In this document: one piece after another, positions 27,277 through 36,412 of the stretch
Layout of the letters: each line of letters opens with the position of its first letter
Position numbering within the stretch: the first letter of the stretch is position 1
DNA from: Salinispira sp.
Lineage (GTDB): Bacteria > Spirochaetota > Spirochaetia > DSM-27196 > Salinispiraceae
NCBI GenBank assembly: GCA_965602015.1
Contig: OZ271918.1
Span: 2,880,001 to 2,944,000 of the forward strand
Length of the DNA: 64,000 nt
Reading direction: 5' to 3'
Made by a program: the position numbers and the translations under genes
The notes under the pieces: model-generated
Databases searched by the model: none
What the model saw: the letters and a program-made list of their open reading frames with translations, nothing else
What the model was told of the DNA's origin: nothing

Positions 27277-30200
27277 TTACATCCCTCCTCTGGTGAACAG
27301 AAACACCAGCAGCAGATACAGCAGAATCTGGAAACCGTAGGTCTGGGCATTGCCGGTATTCCACCGGCGAAGTCCGTCGCCCAGCGACTTCGTCACATCG
27401 CCCAGGCCGGACCAGAAGCGGGTGGCCCATGGCGAAGCCAGGAAACCCAGGGCTTTTTGGTAATGGGAGAAAAAGTTGAATGCGTAATGGGTTGTTTCCG
27501 GCTTGTAGGGCCGTTCTGCGGAGTATACGATGTTGAACTGTTTTACCTTCACGAGTTTTTTGCCCGAGTTTGCCACGAGAAGCAGAACGAGCGGCAGGGC
27601 GAAGACTCCCATGGTGACGTACATGACCGCATTGCCGTTCCAGTAACCCAGGCTTGAAATGACCTCATAGCCATTCCAGCTCACGGTGGCGGCGAACAGG
27701 GGTTCGACGGCGGCCTGGAGCGGCTTGATGATGAGATTGGGATACATGGAGACGGCCATAATTCCCGCCATGAAGATGAACTGGGGAATGAGTTGAATCA
27801 CCGGAGCTTCCTTTACATGTACAAGATTGTCTTTTGGCTGCCCGAGGAAGATTGAGTGTATCAGCCGGTACAGGTAGAGAAAGGCGACCCCTGAAGAAAA
27901 CATGGCGACGGCGGCCTGAAGGTACCAGCCCTTTTCCATGAGGGCGGTGTAAATGAGCCACTTACCGCCGAATCCGCTCAGCGGGGGAACCCCCGACACG
28001 GCGATAATCGCGAACAGCACCGAGAGGAAACTGAAGGGCATTGTTTTAATCAGCCCGCCCATCTTGTACATCAGCCGGGTTCCGGTACGTTGGATGACTC
28101 CCAGTACCGCGAGCCAGAGCATTCCCTTGAACATCAGGTGAGTGATGGCCAAATAGAGGCTTGCCACATAACCCATGTGACTCATGGTGGCCATTGCAAG
28201 GACGATGTAGCCCACCTGACCCATGGACGAATACGCCAGGGTATACTTTATATCTTCCTGAAAGAGGGCCATAAGGGCTCCGGCGACGGCGGTTATCGCC
28301 CCGATCCACCCCAGAAGAGAAGCCATTGGTATGCCGGCCGTGGCATTGCCCGACCATGCGGGAACCAACCTGGATGCCAGAACTCCCCCAAAGAGCATCA
28401 GAAGGAAAATGCCGGCCTTGCTGAGCACCGAGGAAAGCAGGGCGCTGACATCGTCCTCAGCCTCGGCGTAGCCTGCGGGGAGCCACAGATGGAGGCCGAT
28501 TCCGCCCAGTTTTATCAGGGCGGCCAGCCCGATCATAAGGGCGGCAAGGCGAACCCCCGGCGCATTTTCTATTCCGCTTCCGGCAAATGCCATTATCCAG
28601 GGATTGCCGCCGGAAAATGCTCCGGCGACCTGCAGAATGAGTATTCCCGCCAACAGGGCATAGGCGGAAAACAGGGAGAAAACGATGTAGCGCATGGCCC
28701 CTGCGGCGGCTTTGTTTCCGCGCACAATGAGGAAAAAGCTGGTTACGGTCATCATTTCCCAGGCGAAGAAGAGTTCGAGGCCGGTTCTGGCCATTACCAG
28801 CGCGGCAAGCGAGGTACTCAAGCCCGCAATAAGGGCCATGAGCCCGTCGCCCCTGCCCTTGCGGGTCAGGAAGGCCGGTAGCTGCACAGCGGTTCCCCCC
28901 AGGAAAACAATCATAAAAATCTGCGGAAGACCGCCCAGACCCGGAACCGTGAGGTACCCCAGGGCTCCGATTCCGATAATAGCCAGGATAATCTGCAGCT
29001 TCTGGGGAATTCGAAAGAGATCAAGCAGGGCAAAAACCAGAACTGCCGCTACGGGCAACAGGATCCATGGCGCAATGCTGAACAGCGACATCCACAGCCC
29101 GTAGCCCGCAAGCAGGGCTGAGGAAACCGCAGGGATTCCCGCCGCCCACCGGGAGCGAGCCCGGCCCTCAATGGCAGGCGCACCGGCGGCGGCGGTATCA
29201 TCGGCGGTGAAGTCGGCGGGTACTGATTCGCCCAGGGTTGCGCCGTCATCGGCTTCGCTGCGGGCCAGCGACAGGAACCACTTGAACAGGTAAACCGCTT
29301 CTATCAGCGACCCCAGCAGGATAACGGCGGTGTAAGCCCAGCCGCCGGAAGCTATGAGGTTTTGAATAACCGTCCACTTCACCCAAAACGACGGGAAGGG
29401 AGGAAGGCCGATCAGGGCTAAAATTGAGATCGCCATTAGTATTAATAGGAAGGGCCGGCGGCGCAGGCTTCCCGTTGAAGAGGATGCATCGGCGCCGATC
29501 ATCTCGGATACCCAGAAAAGCCCCGCCTTCGCCAGGGCGTGATTAAGAAGGAGGAAAACTGCAAGTGCCACCACCGACTCGGGAACAACCGAGAGCACCA
29601 AAAGAACCAGCCCGGTCTGGGCGATGGATGACAGTCCCAGCATTCTGCGCAGATTCGGCTGATTGATGGCCATGAGTCCGGAAACGATGAATCCGATTGC
29701 GCCGAGAATTCCGATGACCCTCGTGAGAGCCGGCGCCGCATGGGAGACCAGGGGCATGGCTTTGATAAGCACGCTCACCATTGCCGTGGTAAAAACCGAA
29801 CTGAGAAGGGCGCCGATTCCCGGGTCCGCGGCCTGGTAGGTATCCAGAGCCCACCCGTTCGCGAAAGCCGGCTTGAGTTCTATAACAACCCCGGTGATAA
29901 AAAACACCATAGCCAGCAGTCCGGTCAGGCCGGCGAAAATTCCCGCATCGGTGGCGAGCATGGCCTCGAGATTAAGGGTGCCGCTGATTCGATACAGGAA
30001 GGCCACCCCAATGAGATAGAAGGTGGAGGCAAGACCCCCGGCTATCATGTATTTAAATCCCGCTTCATAGCTTCGGACATCCCGACTGGTGGACAGGAGG
30101 CCGTACAGGGCTATGGAGGTGATTTCCATAAACACAAAAATATTAAACAGATCGCGGGTAAGCACCAGGCCGTTCGCCCCGAGTATCATGACAAAAAACA

Positions 30201-30534
30201 GCACGACCTGCTTGCCCTTCCAGGGCTGTTCAACGTGATACTGCTGCCAGGCGAGGGCCAGCAGCCCGATGAGATTCATCACGGCGATGATTACCGCCTC
30301 GTTCTGACCAACCATCAGGTTTATCGAGAGGGGAGCGGAAAAACCGGCGGTCTGCACGACGATAGGCGCAGCGCCTGCGCCGAGCTGCAGGTACCACAGA
30401 ACTCCTGCGGCGGTAAAACCGGTCATGACCAGAAGCCCGAGAGCCGTAGCGATGTGTCTTCCGAGTTTCTCTATCAAGGGATAGAGAAAGGCGAAGCCCA
30501 GGGCCGTTGCGATAAGAAGAATCGGGCTTACCAT
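27277..30534 (-). CDS. mbxH: fused double MrpD/NuoN-L-type ion-translocating subunit (MbxH-MbxH' fusion)
   Basis: Two antiporter-like domains in one 1085-aa ORF. First: DLFNIFVFMEI, GFKYM, NHALAKA, GLPPF. Second: FFAWEMM, HLWLP, LAYSSMGQVG, HLMFKG, GVPPLSGF. Start MVSPILL at 30534. Confidence 0.88.
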   Translation of the reverse strand: MVSPILLIATALGFAFLYPLIEKLGRHIATALGLLVMTGFTAAGVLWYLQLGAGAAPIVVQTAGFSAPLSINLMVGQNEAVIIAVMNLIGLLALAWQQYHVEQPWKGKQVVLFFVMILGANGLVLTRDLFNIFVFMEITSIALYGLLSTSRDVRSYEAGFKYMIAGGLASTFYLIGVAFLYRISGTLNLEAMLATDAGIFAGLTGLLAMVFFITGVVIELKPAFANGWALDTYQAADPGIGALLSSVFTTAMVSVLIKAMPLVSHAAPALTRVIGILGAIGFIVSGLMAINQPNLRRMLGLSSIAQTGLVLLVLSVVPESVVALAVFLLLNHALAKAGLFWVSEMIGADASSSTGSLRRRPFLLILMAISILALIGLPPFPSFWVKWTVIQNLIASGGWAYTAVILLGSLIEAVYLFKWFLSLARSEADDGATLGESVPADFTADDTAAAGAPAIEGRARSRWAAGIPAVSSALLAGYGLWMSLFSIAPWILLPVAAVLVFALLDLFRIPQKLQIILAIIGIGALGYLTVPGLGGLPQIFMIVFLGGTAVQLPAFLTRKGRGDGLMALIAGLSTSLAALVMARTGLELFFAWEMMTVTSFFLIVRGNKAAAGAMRYIVFSLFSAYALLAGILILQVAGAFSGGNPWIMAFAGSGIENAPGVRLAALMIGLAALIKLGGIGLHLWLPAGYAEAEDDVSALLSSVLSKAGIFLLMLFGGVLASRLVPAWSGNATAGIPMASLLGWIGAITAVAGALMALFQEDIKYTLAYSSMGQVGYIVLAMATMSHMGYVASLYLAITHLMFKGMLWLAVLGVIQRTGTRLMYKMGGLIKTMPFSFLSVLFAIIAVSGVPPLSGFGGKWLIYTALMEKGWYLQAAVAMFSSGVAFLYLYRLIHSIFLGQPKDNLVHVKEAPVIQLIPQFIFMAGIMAVSMYPNLIIKPLQAAVEPLFAATVSWNGYEVISSLGYWNGNAVMYVTMGVFALPLVLLLVANSGKKLVKVKQFNIVYSAERPYKPETTHYAFNFFSHYQKALGFLASPWATRFWSGLGDVTKSLGDGLRRWNTGNAQTYGFQILLYLLLVFLFTRGGM

Positions 30535-30887
30535 TTGAGCTCCTTGTTTCTGTCGATCATCAGCGATCGCTTGTGATAAAACATTTTTACCGCGTAGCTG
30601 AGCATCAGCGCGGTAACCGCCAACCCGATTACGATAGCCGTAAGCACGAGAGCCGACGGCACCGGATCGACGGCCCACGCCAGGGCTTCCGACGGCGCCA
30701 GATCTCCGTCGAAAATCGGTGCGGTGCCGCCCCTGCGGTATCCGACGGCCACCAGCAGCACATGAATGCCGGTGTCAAGCAGGGTGAATCCGAGAATGAT
30801 CTTTATCAGATGACGTCGGGTCAGAAGTCCCCAGATGCCCAGGAGCATCAAGGCCGACGCTATGATTATCATGATCTGGGTTATCAT
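30528..30887 (-). CDS. mbxG: MnhC/MbxG subunit
   Basis: TAPI…VDPVPSALVLTAIVIG; start corrected to MITQI at 30887. Confidence 0.9.
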   Translation of the reverse strand: MITQIMIIIASALMLLGIWGLLTRRHLIKIILGFTLLDTGIHVLLVAVGYRRGGTAPIFDGDLAPSEALAWAVDPVPSALVLTAIVIGLAVTALMLSYAVKMFYHKRSLMIDRNKELKW

Positions 30888-31618
30888 GCTTTTCTCCTCA
30901 TGACGTCGATGACGCCTGAAAGCTCTGAGCCGACCTTTATACCCACCAGCGAGTAGATCACCGGGATTGCTCCGGCGCTGAACAGCTGCCCGAAGCTCCC
31001 GGCGGGCAAAAACCGGGGGTCCAGAAAACCCGCCGCAAGCCAAATCCCCAAAAGGCCGATGGCCACATAGCCCGCCCCTGCAAACATTTCCAGGACATTC
31101 ACTGCAGAATGATTCAGTTCGTGAAGGGTGCCCGAGAGAAAGGCGAGCAGGATTGCCGAGGCGATGACGACCCCGCCCTGAAAGCCGCCGCCGGGGGTCA
31201 GATGTCCATGGGCGAAAATGTACACCCCGAACAGTAGAAACAGGGGAAGCAGAATTCCGCTGGCAGTCTTTAAAATTTCACTTGCTTCTATGCGGCAGGG
31301 CAGTTCTTCCCACCCGCAGCCCTCGCTGGGCTCGCTGGTATGACTATCAGCGGGGGATTGCCGGATAAACTGGAATACCAAAGCGATGCCTGCGGCGGCG
31401 GCGAAGAGCACCGTGACCTCGCCCAGGGTGTCCAGCCCACGGTAGGTGACGACCACAGATGTCACCAGGTTCGCAGCGCCGAGGTCATTATCGCCGTTCT
31501 CCAGGTAACGGGCGGCCAGTTCTCCCACTTCATCGCGGTCCTCCATGCTCTGCATCAGGGGGAAAAAGGATGCCGCCAGGGCGACCATCAGTGCGATGGT
31601 TAACAGACGCTTAAGCAT
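30884..31618 (-). CDS. mbxF: MnhB/MbxF subunit
   Basis: NLVTSVVVTYRGLDTLGE, GHLTPGGGFQGG, GIKVG. Confidence 0.9.
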   Translation of the reverse strand: MLKRLLTIALMVALAASFFPLMQSMEDRDEVGELAARYLENGDNDLGAANLVTSVVVTYRGLDTLGEVTVLFAAAAGIALVFQFIRQSPADSHTSEPSEGCGWEELPCRIEASEILKTASGILLPLFLLFGVYIFAHGHLTPGGGFQGGVVIASAILLAFLSGTLHELNHSAVNVLEMFAGAGYVAIGLLGIWLAAGFLDPRFLPAGSFGQLFSAGAIPVIYSLVGIKVGSELSGVIDVMRRKA

Positions 31619-31964
31619 TGCCACCCTCCTGATTTTCCGTGAGTTTTTGGTTCTGATTCACATCAGGGTCGACGGAAATGCCTCCCGCGGTGTCGCTGTC
31701 GGTCTCCGGAATCGCGTCGGCGTCCCTCAGCCGTTTTATCCGGCTCCAGGCAAACAGGAAGACTACCGTCGTCAGACCCGAACCGATGGCGGCTTCAGTC
31801 ATCGCCACATCCGGAGCCCCGGCAATTAAATAGACAATGCTGGCCATGAGGGATACCACGCCGGATGCGATTATCGCGCCGACGATGTCCTTGCTGAGAA
31901 TGACCATAACGCCGCTACCGAGAATCATGATTCCCATAATTATCAAGGCGATTTCCACAATCAC
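31611..31964 (-). CDS. mbxD: MbxD/MbhD (DUF4040-like) subunit
   Basis: APDVAMTEAAIG motif. Confidence 0.88.
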   Translation of the reverse strand: MIVEIALIIMGIMILGSGVMVILSKDIVGAIIASGVVSLMASIVYLIAGAPDVAMTEAAIGSGLTTVVFLFAWSRIKRLRDADAIPETDSDTAGGISVDPDVNQNQKLTENQEGGNA

Positions 31965-32350
31965 TGTACACCTCCGCTATTATCAGGCCCCAGGACTCCC
32001 TGTTCATCTTTCCACTGACGAAGCTGATCAGCCCCGTGGAGTTCCCGGCCTTTCACCTTGATATCCAGGGGATCGACTCCCAGATAATGGGCTGAACGGC
32101 TGAGGGCATGTGATGAAACGGGGTTTGTCATCAGGACAAAAATCCCCAGCAGCAGGAGCTTGGCCCAGGAAGCGGGCGCGACGAATATGAGTCCCAGCAC
32201 CACCAGCATGGTGCCCAGGGTGGTGGCCTTGGTTCCCGCCTGCATGCGGCTATATACATCGGGCATACGAATAAGGCCGAGAGACGCCAGGAAAAGAAAC
32301 AGCGAACCGATGAGGGCGATTGCCGCCCCGATAAATGCCAATCCTTCCAT
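31961..32350 (-). CDS. mbxC: MnhG/MbxC subunit
   Basis: GLIRMPDVYSRMQAGTKATTLG, NPVSSH. Confidence 0.9.
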   Translation of the reverse strand: MEGLAFIGAAIALIGSLFLFLASLGLIRMPDVYSRMQAGTKATTLGTMLVVLGLIFVAPASWAKLLLLGIFVLMTNPVSSHALSRSAHYLGVDPLDIKVKGRELHGADQLRQWKDEQGVLGPDNSGGVQ

Positions 32351-32619
32351 TACAGTTCTCCTTCGCCGAATCGGGCCACTGCCACGACCCCGAGAAAACT
32401 CAGGAGGCCATACACGAGTGCCACATCCAGATACAGCATTCTTCCGAGGAAGTGGGAAAGAATGGCTATTGCGGACAGCGACATGATGGTCATGGCGTCG
32501 AAGGCCACCACCCGGTTTATGTATCCCGGTCCGATAAGAAAGCGCACGAAACTGATCAGCATGGACAGGAGTGTTATGGCCCCGGAAACATAGAGCAGGG
32601 CCTGTGTTGCACTAGCCAA
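32350..32619 (-). CDS. mbxB: MnhF/MbxB subunit
   Basis: RFLIGP…RVVAFD…YLDVALVYGLLSF; TTG start after GGAGG inferred. Confidence 0.85.
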   Translation of the reverse strand: MASATQALLYVSGAITLLSMLISFVRFLIGPGYINRVVAFDAMTIMSLSAIAILSHFLGRMLYLDVALVYGLLSFLGVVAVARFGEGEL

Positions 32620-33124
32620 AGATAACCTCCAGATATTTTTCGAAGCCGCCAACGATTTTCTCGCTGTTCTCATCAACGTCGCAGCATGTTCCATCGGCAT
32701 CATCGATGCTCAACCAATGGATAAAGAGCTCGTCGCCGTGGATGTCCACGGTAATGGTTCCCGGCGTCAGGGTGATCGAGTTGGCCAGGATCAGTCGGCC
32801 CAGAGGGGATTTGAGTCTCGTTTTGACCTTCACGATGCCCGGGTTGATGGGCAGACGGGGATGAAGCACCCGGAAGGCCACGTCGATATTCGACTTGATT
32901 ACCGCCCACAAAAACACCAACAGGTAGATAAACGCATAGCCCAATCTTTTGGGCATAAGCGAGATGTCGCCGTACGCCGACATCGCCGGCAATGGCAGAA
33001 CGGCGATTAAAAGGGCTACCGCCGAGCCGAGTATCAGTTCCTGCAGGGAAAACGGAGCGGTAAGCAGGAGCCAGAGCCCCAGCAGTATGGCGAAAAGAAT
33101 TACGCTCATTCCCAGTCGCTTCAT
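32612..33124 (-). CDS. mbxA: MnhE/MbxA subunit
   Basis: PGIVKVKT, LANSITLTPGT, LFIHW. Confidence 0.92.
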   Translation of the reverse strand: MKRLGMSVILFAILLGLWLLLTAPFSLQELILGSAVALLIAVLPLPAMSAYGDISLMPKRLGYAFIYLLVFLWAVIKSNIDVAFRVLHPRLPINPGIVKVKTRLKSPLGRLILANSITLTPGTITVDIHGDELFIHWLSIDDADGTCCDVDENSEKIVGGFEKYLEVIFG

Positions 33125-33168
33125 GCAGCCTCCTCGATTTTTTTTTCTGATTTATTGAACGAATTATC

Positions 33169-33222
33169 TATAAACTTTTATAGTTTATAATTTATTAAAG
33201 TATTGAATTTAAAATCTGTCAA
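33169..33222 (-). promoter_or_regulatory. promoter of the mbx-nfn-arsR operon with an overlapping palindromic operator
   Basis: TTGACA (33222-33217)-17bp-TTTAAT (33199-33194); perfect inverted repeat TATAAACT-N5-AGTTTATA at 33169-33189. Confidence 0.65.
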
Positions 33223-33312
33223 GATAATTAATGCAGGTTTATTATGAGTGTTTTTATCAGGTATTCGGTTGATGCCGGCACAGGGACGGTCCCCGTGATT
33301 CCGCGCAAGCGC

Positions 33313-33469
33313 TGACCGGCGCGGGTCTGCCCTGGCTTGCCGCGCCATGACCGGCGCGCACCTGCTTTGCTCCGCCTCGCCCCGCGTTCGCGGGCCTGGA
33401 CCGGTTTTCCGCGGCATGACCGACGCGGACCTGCCCTGGCTTGATGCGCCATGACCGGCGCGCACCTGC
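33313..33469. repeat. GC-rich intergenic direct repeat (53 bp x2, built from ~35-bp sub-units)
   Basis: 33313-33365 closely matches 33417-33469; core tgaccg(g/a)cgcg at 33313, 33348, 33417 and 33452. Confidence 0.8.
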
Positions 33470-33486
33470 CGTGATAGGATCAGCCG

Positions 33487-34299
33487 ATGATACGATTGAT
33501 AGCCACCGATCTGGACGACACCTTGTTGAACAGCAATCTTGAAATACCGGCGGAAAACATTGCAGCTATCCGCCGCGCCGAGGCCCGGGGTACTAAGGTG
33601 GTGCTCGCATCCGGCCGGGCCCCGGCCGCCATGAAACGCTTCGCCGAGACCCTGCTATTGCATCAGCGGGACGGTTACCTCATAGCGGATAACGGCGCCA
33701 CCGTCCTGTCCACCAGGGACTGGCAGATCATCCGGCGCTTCACCCTGAGCGCCGATATCGCAGTCAGGGCATGGAAACTCGCCCAGCGTGAAGGCCTGCC
33801 CATGCAGTACTATGAGGACGGTGCAATCCGCTCATCTCCTGATATAAACGAATACTCCGAGCTGGATACCCGGCTCACCGGCATACCAATGAGTATCGCT
33901 CAAGACTTTGCATCCGATCTGAAAATACCCCGGAAAAAACTCGTCATCCCCGGTGACCCTGAGAAGCTGAAGCACATGGCAGCCCTGCTTACCCGGGAGT
34001 TCGGCGATGCGGCGAATGTGTTTATTTCGAAACCGTTTTTTCTCGAGATTCTCAATCCGCAGGCAGACAAGGGTCATGCCCTGGAATGGATTGCCGGCGA
34101 GACCGGGTTAGACTCCCGGGATGTTGTTGCCATCGGGGACTCAATGAACGACCTGGGCATGCTTACCTTCGCCGGCCACCCGGTGGCCATTGCCAACGCC
34201 AGGGAAGAAATCAAGCAGGCGGCGGAGTACATCACCACCCGGAATCACGATCAGGCCGGCGTGGCCGAGGCCATCGAGCGCTACCTTCCCGACGAATAG
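33487..34299 (+). CDS. Cof-type HAD-IIB hydrolase
   Basis: DLDDTLL, ASGR, NGA, KGHAL, IGDSMND. Confidence 0.93.
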   Translation: MIRLIATDLDDTLLNSNLEIPAENIAAIRRAEARGTKVVLASGRAPAAMKRFAETLLLHQRDGYLIADNGATVLSTRDWQIIRRFTLSADIAVRAWKLAQREGLPMQYYEDGAIRSSPDINEYSELDTRLTGIPMSIAQDFASDLKIPRKKLVIPGDPEKLKHMAALLTREFGDAANVFISKPFFLEILNPQADKGHALEWIAGETGLDSRDVVAIGDSMNDLGMLTFAGHPVAIANAREEIKQAAEYITTRNHDQAGVAEAIERYLPDE

Positions 34300-34303
34300 T
34301 CTT

Positions 34304-36412
34304 TCAACCCATCATCCACCAGGCAAGTACCAGGGTGCCCATGGCGAACGAGAAAAAGAGCCCGTGGAAGGCCCTCTGACGCTCCCGTACCAGTTCGAGG
34401 CCGCGGCTAACCGGTGCGAGCCTGGTAGCCCCATAGAGCAGTATTCCGCCGGCCAGGATGATGAGGCTTGTCTGCAGGTTGTCCCTGCCGTAAAACCCCG
34501 GCAGCCTGGCCATGGCGCCGTCATACGACCTTCCGGCAGCTGCTCCTGAAGAGAGCATGATGTGGACCCAGCGGGTTATCCGCCCGCCGGCAAGTCCGGT
34601 ACCCAGCACCCCGGCCCCCAGCAGGATCTGAGCGATCCATACCGATGCAGGCATCAGCTCGGGCCGGGACGCCGCCCGGTAAGAATCCGCCGCCGGGTTT
34701 GCGTTCGCCGCCGGGTTTGCATTCGGCACCTGGTCGGAATCCGCCGGCCGGTTTGCGTTCGCCGCCGGGTTTGCGTTCGCCGCCCGGTCGGTATCCGCCG
34801 GCCGGTTTGCGTTCGCCGCCGGGTTTGCGTTCGCCGCCCGGTCAGAATCCGCCGGCCGGTTTGCGTTCGCCGCCCGGTTTGCGTTCGGCGCCCGGTCGGT
34901 ATCCGCCGGCCGGTTTGCGTTTGCTGCCCGGTCGGTATCCGCCGGCCGGTTTGCGTTCGGCACAGGCCCGAAAAATATTCGCGAGAGCTTGATAAATGAG
35001 GCGGTGGTTCCCAGAGCAGCGGCATAGAGGGCCGCATACATCCAGCTGCCCTTGAGGCCATAGCTGATGAGCTGTTTGCTGATGTATCCGTTGAAGGGCG
35101 GCAGCGCGGTAATGGCCAGGGCTGCCGCGGCGAAGCATATAAATGTTACGGGAACCCTTTCCCCGGCGGTTCGGAGCCTGGCGATGCCGCCCCTGAGCCG
35201 GTACACGTTCCGTTCGCCCGCCGCATCGCTGACGCTTCCGACCGTCAGAAAGAGCAGCCCCTTGAACATTGCGTGAAAAAAGGCGTGGAGAAAGGCGGCG
35301 GTCATCAACAGGGATCCCCCGGGGCTTGAGGGGCCCAGGGCCAGGGCGGTGCCCCAGGCCGCGACGATGTACCCGATCTGGCTGACGCTATGGTAGGCCA
35401 ACAGGCGCTTGGCGTCTTTCTGACTGAGGGCGACGATTACCGCCAGTACGGCCGTCAAGGCACCCGCCCAGCCCAGGAGCTGACCGGCCCGCTGGGCCAT
35501 ACCGATGAGCCCTCCAGCCCCGGCGGGCAACGCCGCCTGGGCCGCATCGGCGAAATATGCGCCGGCATCGGGGGCAACTGCAGCGCCGCCAAGAGCCCGA
35601 TTGGGAATCATGAGAATAACCCGTGTGAGGGCGAACAACGGCGTCTTGATCAGGACGCCGGAGAGTACCGCGGATATTCCGTGGGGAGCAAGGGCGTGGG
35701 CGTCGGGAAGCCAGCCGTACACCGGCATCACCGCTACCCGGATGGCGACGGCGCCGATAATCAGGGCGAACGACACCAATGCGCTTAAACCGCCGCCGTC
35801 CGAAAGCGCCGCAAGCCCCGCCCGGATACCCTCGTAGGAGAGGGATCCGGTCAGACGGTACAGGCCGTAGATCCCCAATAGAAAGAACACCATGGCGGTG
35901 GCGCTTACCATCAGGTAGCTGAACGCCGCCAGGAAGGCTCCGGGTTTTTCCGACGACGCCACCAGAACGTAACTGGCGATTCCCATAATCTCAAGGCAGA
36001 CGAAAAGGTTGAACAAATCGGCGGTCAGGCTGGTGGCCGCAAGGGCCGAGGTCTGGATAAGGAAGACCGAGGTAAATGCCGGACCCTTGGGTCCCTTGCC
36101 GAGGGTGTAGATATAGGCCGCTCCGGCTAAAAGATAGCCCAAAACATTGACCAGCCAGGCCAGGCCGTCGAAGCGGTAGGCAATTCCCACCCGGGAGGTC
36201 CACCCTCCGATGATGCCGTCATAGACTGCGCCTTGTATCATGGCTCCGGCGCTAAGTCCCAGAACTACCCATGGCAGCATCAGGCCGATGAACGTAGCGC
36301 TACCGATTATAACGGCGGCAGTCCGGCCTTTTGTCAGTTTTGAGAGAAGGGCAAGGGCTGCGCCGAGAAGCGGCAGTCCCACCAGGGCGAAGACCATATC
36401 AGAGGGACCCAC
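34304..36412 (-). CDS. mnhD: MrpD/MnhD-like proton-conducting membrane subunit with repeat insertion
   Basis: DLFNLFVCLE, WLPDAH, KRLLAYHSVSQIG, HAMFKGLLFL, PPFNGY.SK; GTG start after AGGAGG. Confidence 0.85.
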   Translation of the reverse strand: MGPSDMVFALVGLPLLGAALALLSKLTKGRTAAVIIGSATFIGLMLPWVVLGLSAGAMIQGAVYDGIIGGWTSRVGIAYRFDGLAWLVNVLGYLLAGAAYIYTLGKGPKGPAFTSVFLIQTSALAATSLTADLFNLFVCLEIMGIASYVLVASSEKPGAFLAAFSYLMVSATAMVFFLLGIYGLYRLTGSLSYEGIRAGLAALSDGGGLSALVSFALIIGAVAIRVAVMPVYGWLPDAHALAPHGISAVLSGVLIKTPLFALTRVILMIPNRALGGAAVAPDAGAYFADAAQAALPAGAGGLIGMAQRAGQLLGWAGALTAVLAVIVALSQKDAKRLLAYHSVSQIGYIVAAWGTALALGPSSPGGSLLMTAAFLHAFFHAMFKGLLFLTVGSVSDAAGERNVYRLRGGIARLRTAGERVPVTFICFAAAALAITALPPFNGYISKQLISYGLKGSWMYAALYAAALGTTASFIKLSRIFFGPVPNANRPADTDRAANANRPADTDRAPNANRAANANRPADSDRAANANPAANANRPADTDRAANANPAANANRPADSDQVPNANPAANANPAADSYRAASRPELMPASVWIAQILLGAGVLGTGLAGGRITRWVHIMLSSGAAAGRSYDGAMARLPGFYGRDNLQTSLIILAGGILLYGATRLAPVSRGLELVRERQRAFHGLFFSFAMGTLVLAWWMMG
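34673..34960. repeat. in-frame tandem repeat, 16 x 18 bp (hexapeptides ANANRP/ANANPA/ADTDRA)
   Basis: Directly visible array of gcgttcgccgccgggttt-like and gtatccgccggccggttt-like units. Confidence 0.95.

Noticed and set aside
33178..33465. Small ORFs in the mbx/Cof intergenic region
   Set aside because: They are translations of the GC-rich repeat running into the AT-rich promoter.
33313..34960. CRISPR array interpretation of either repeat region
   Set aside because: No unique spacers, the units are degenerate or in-frame coding, and there are no cas genes.
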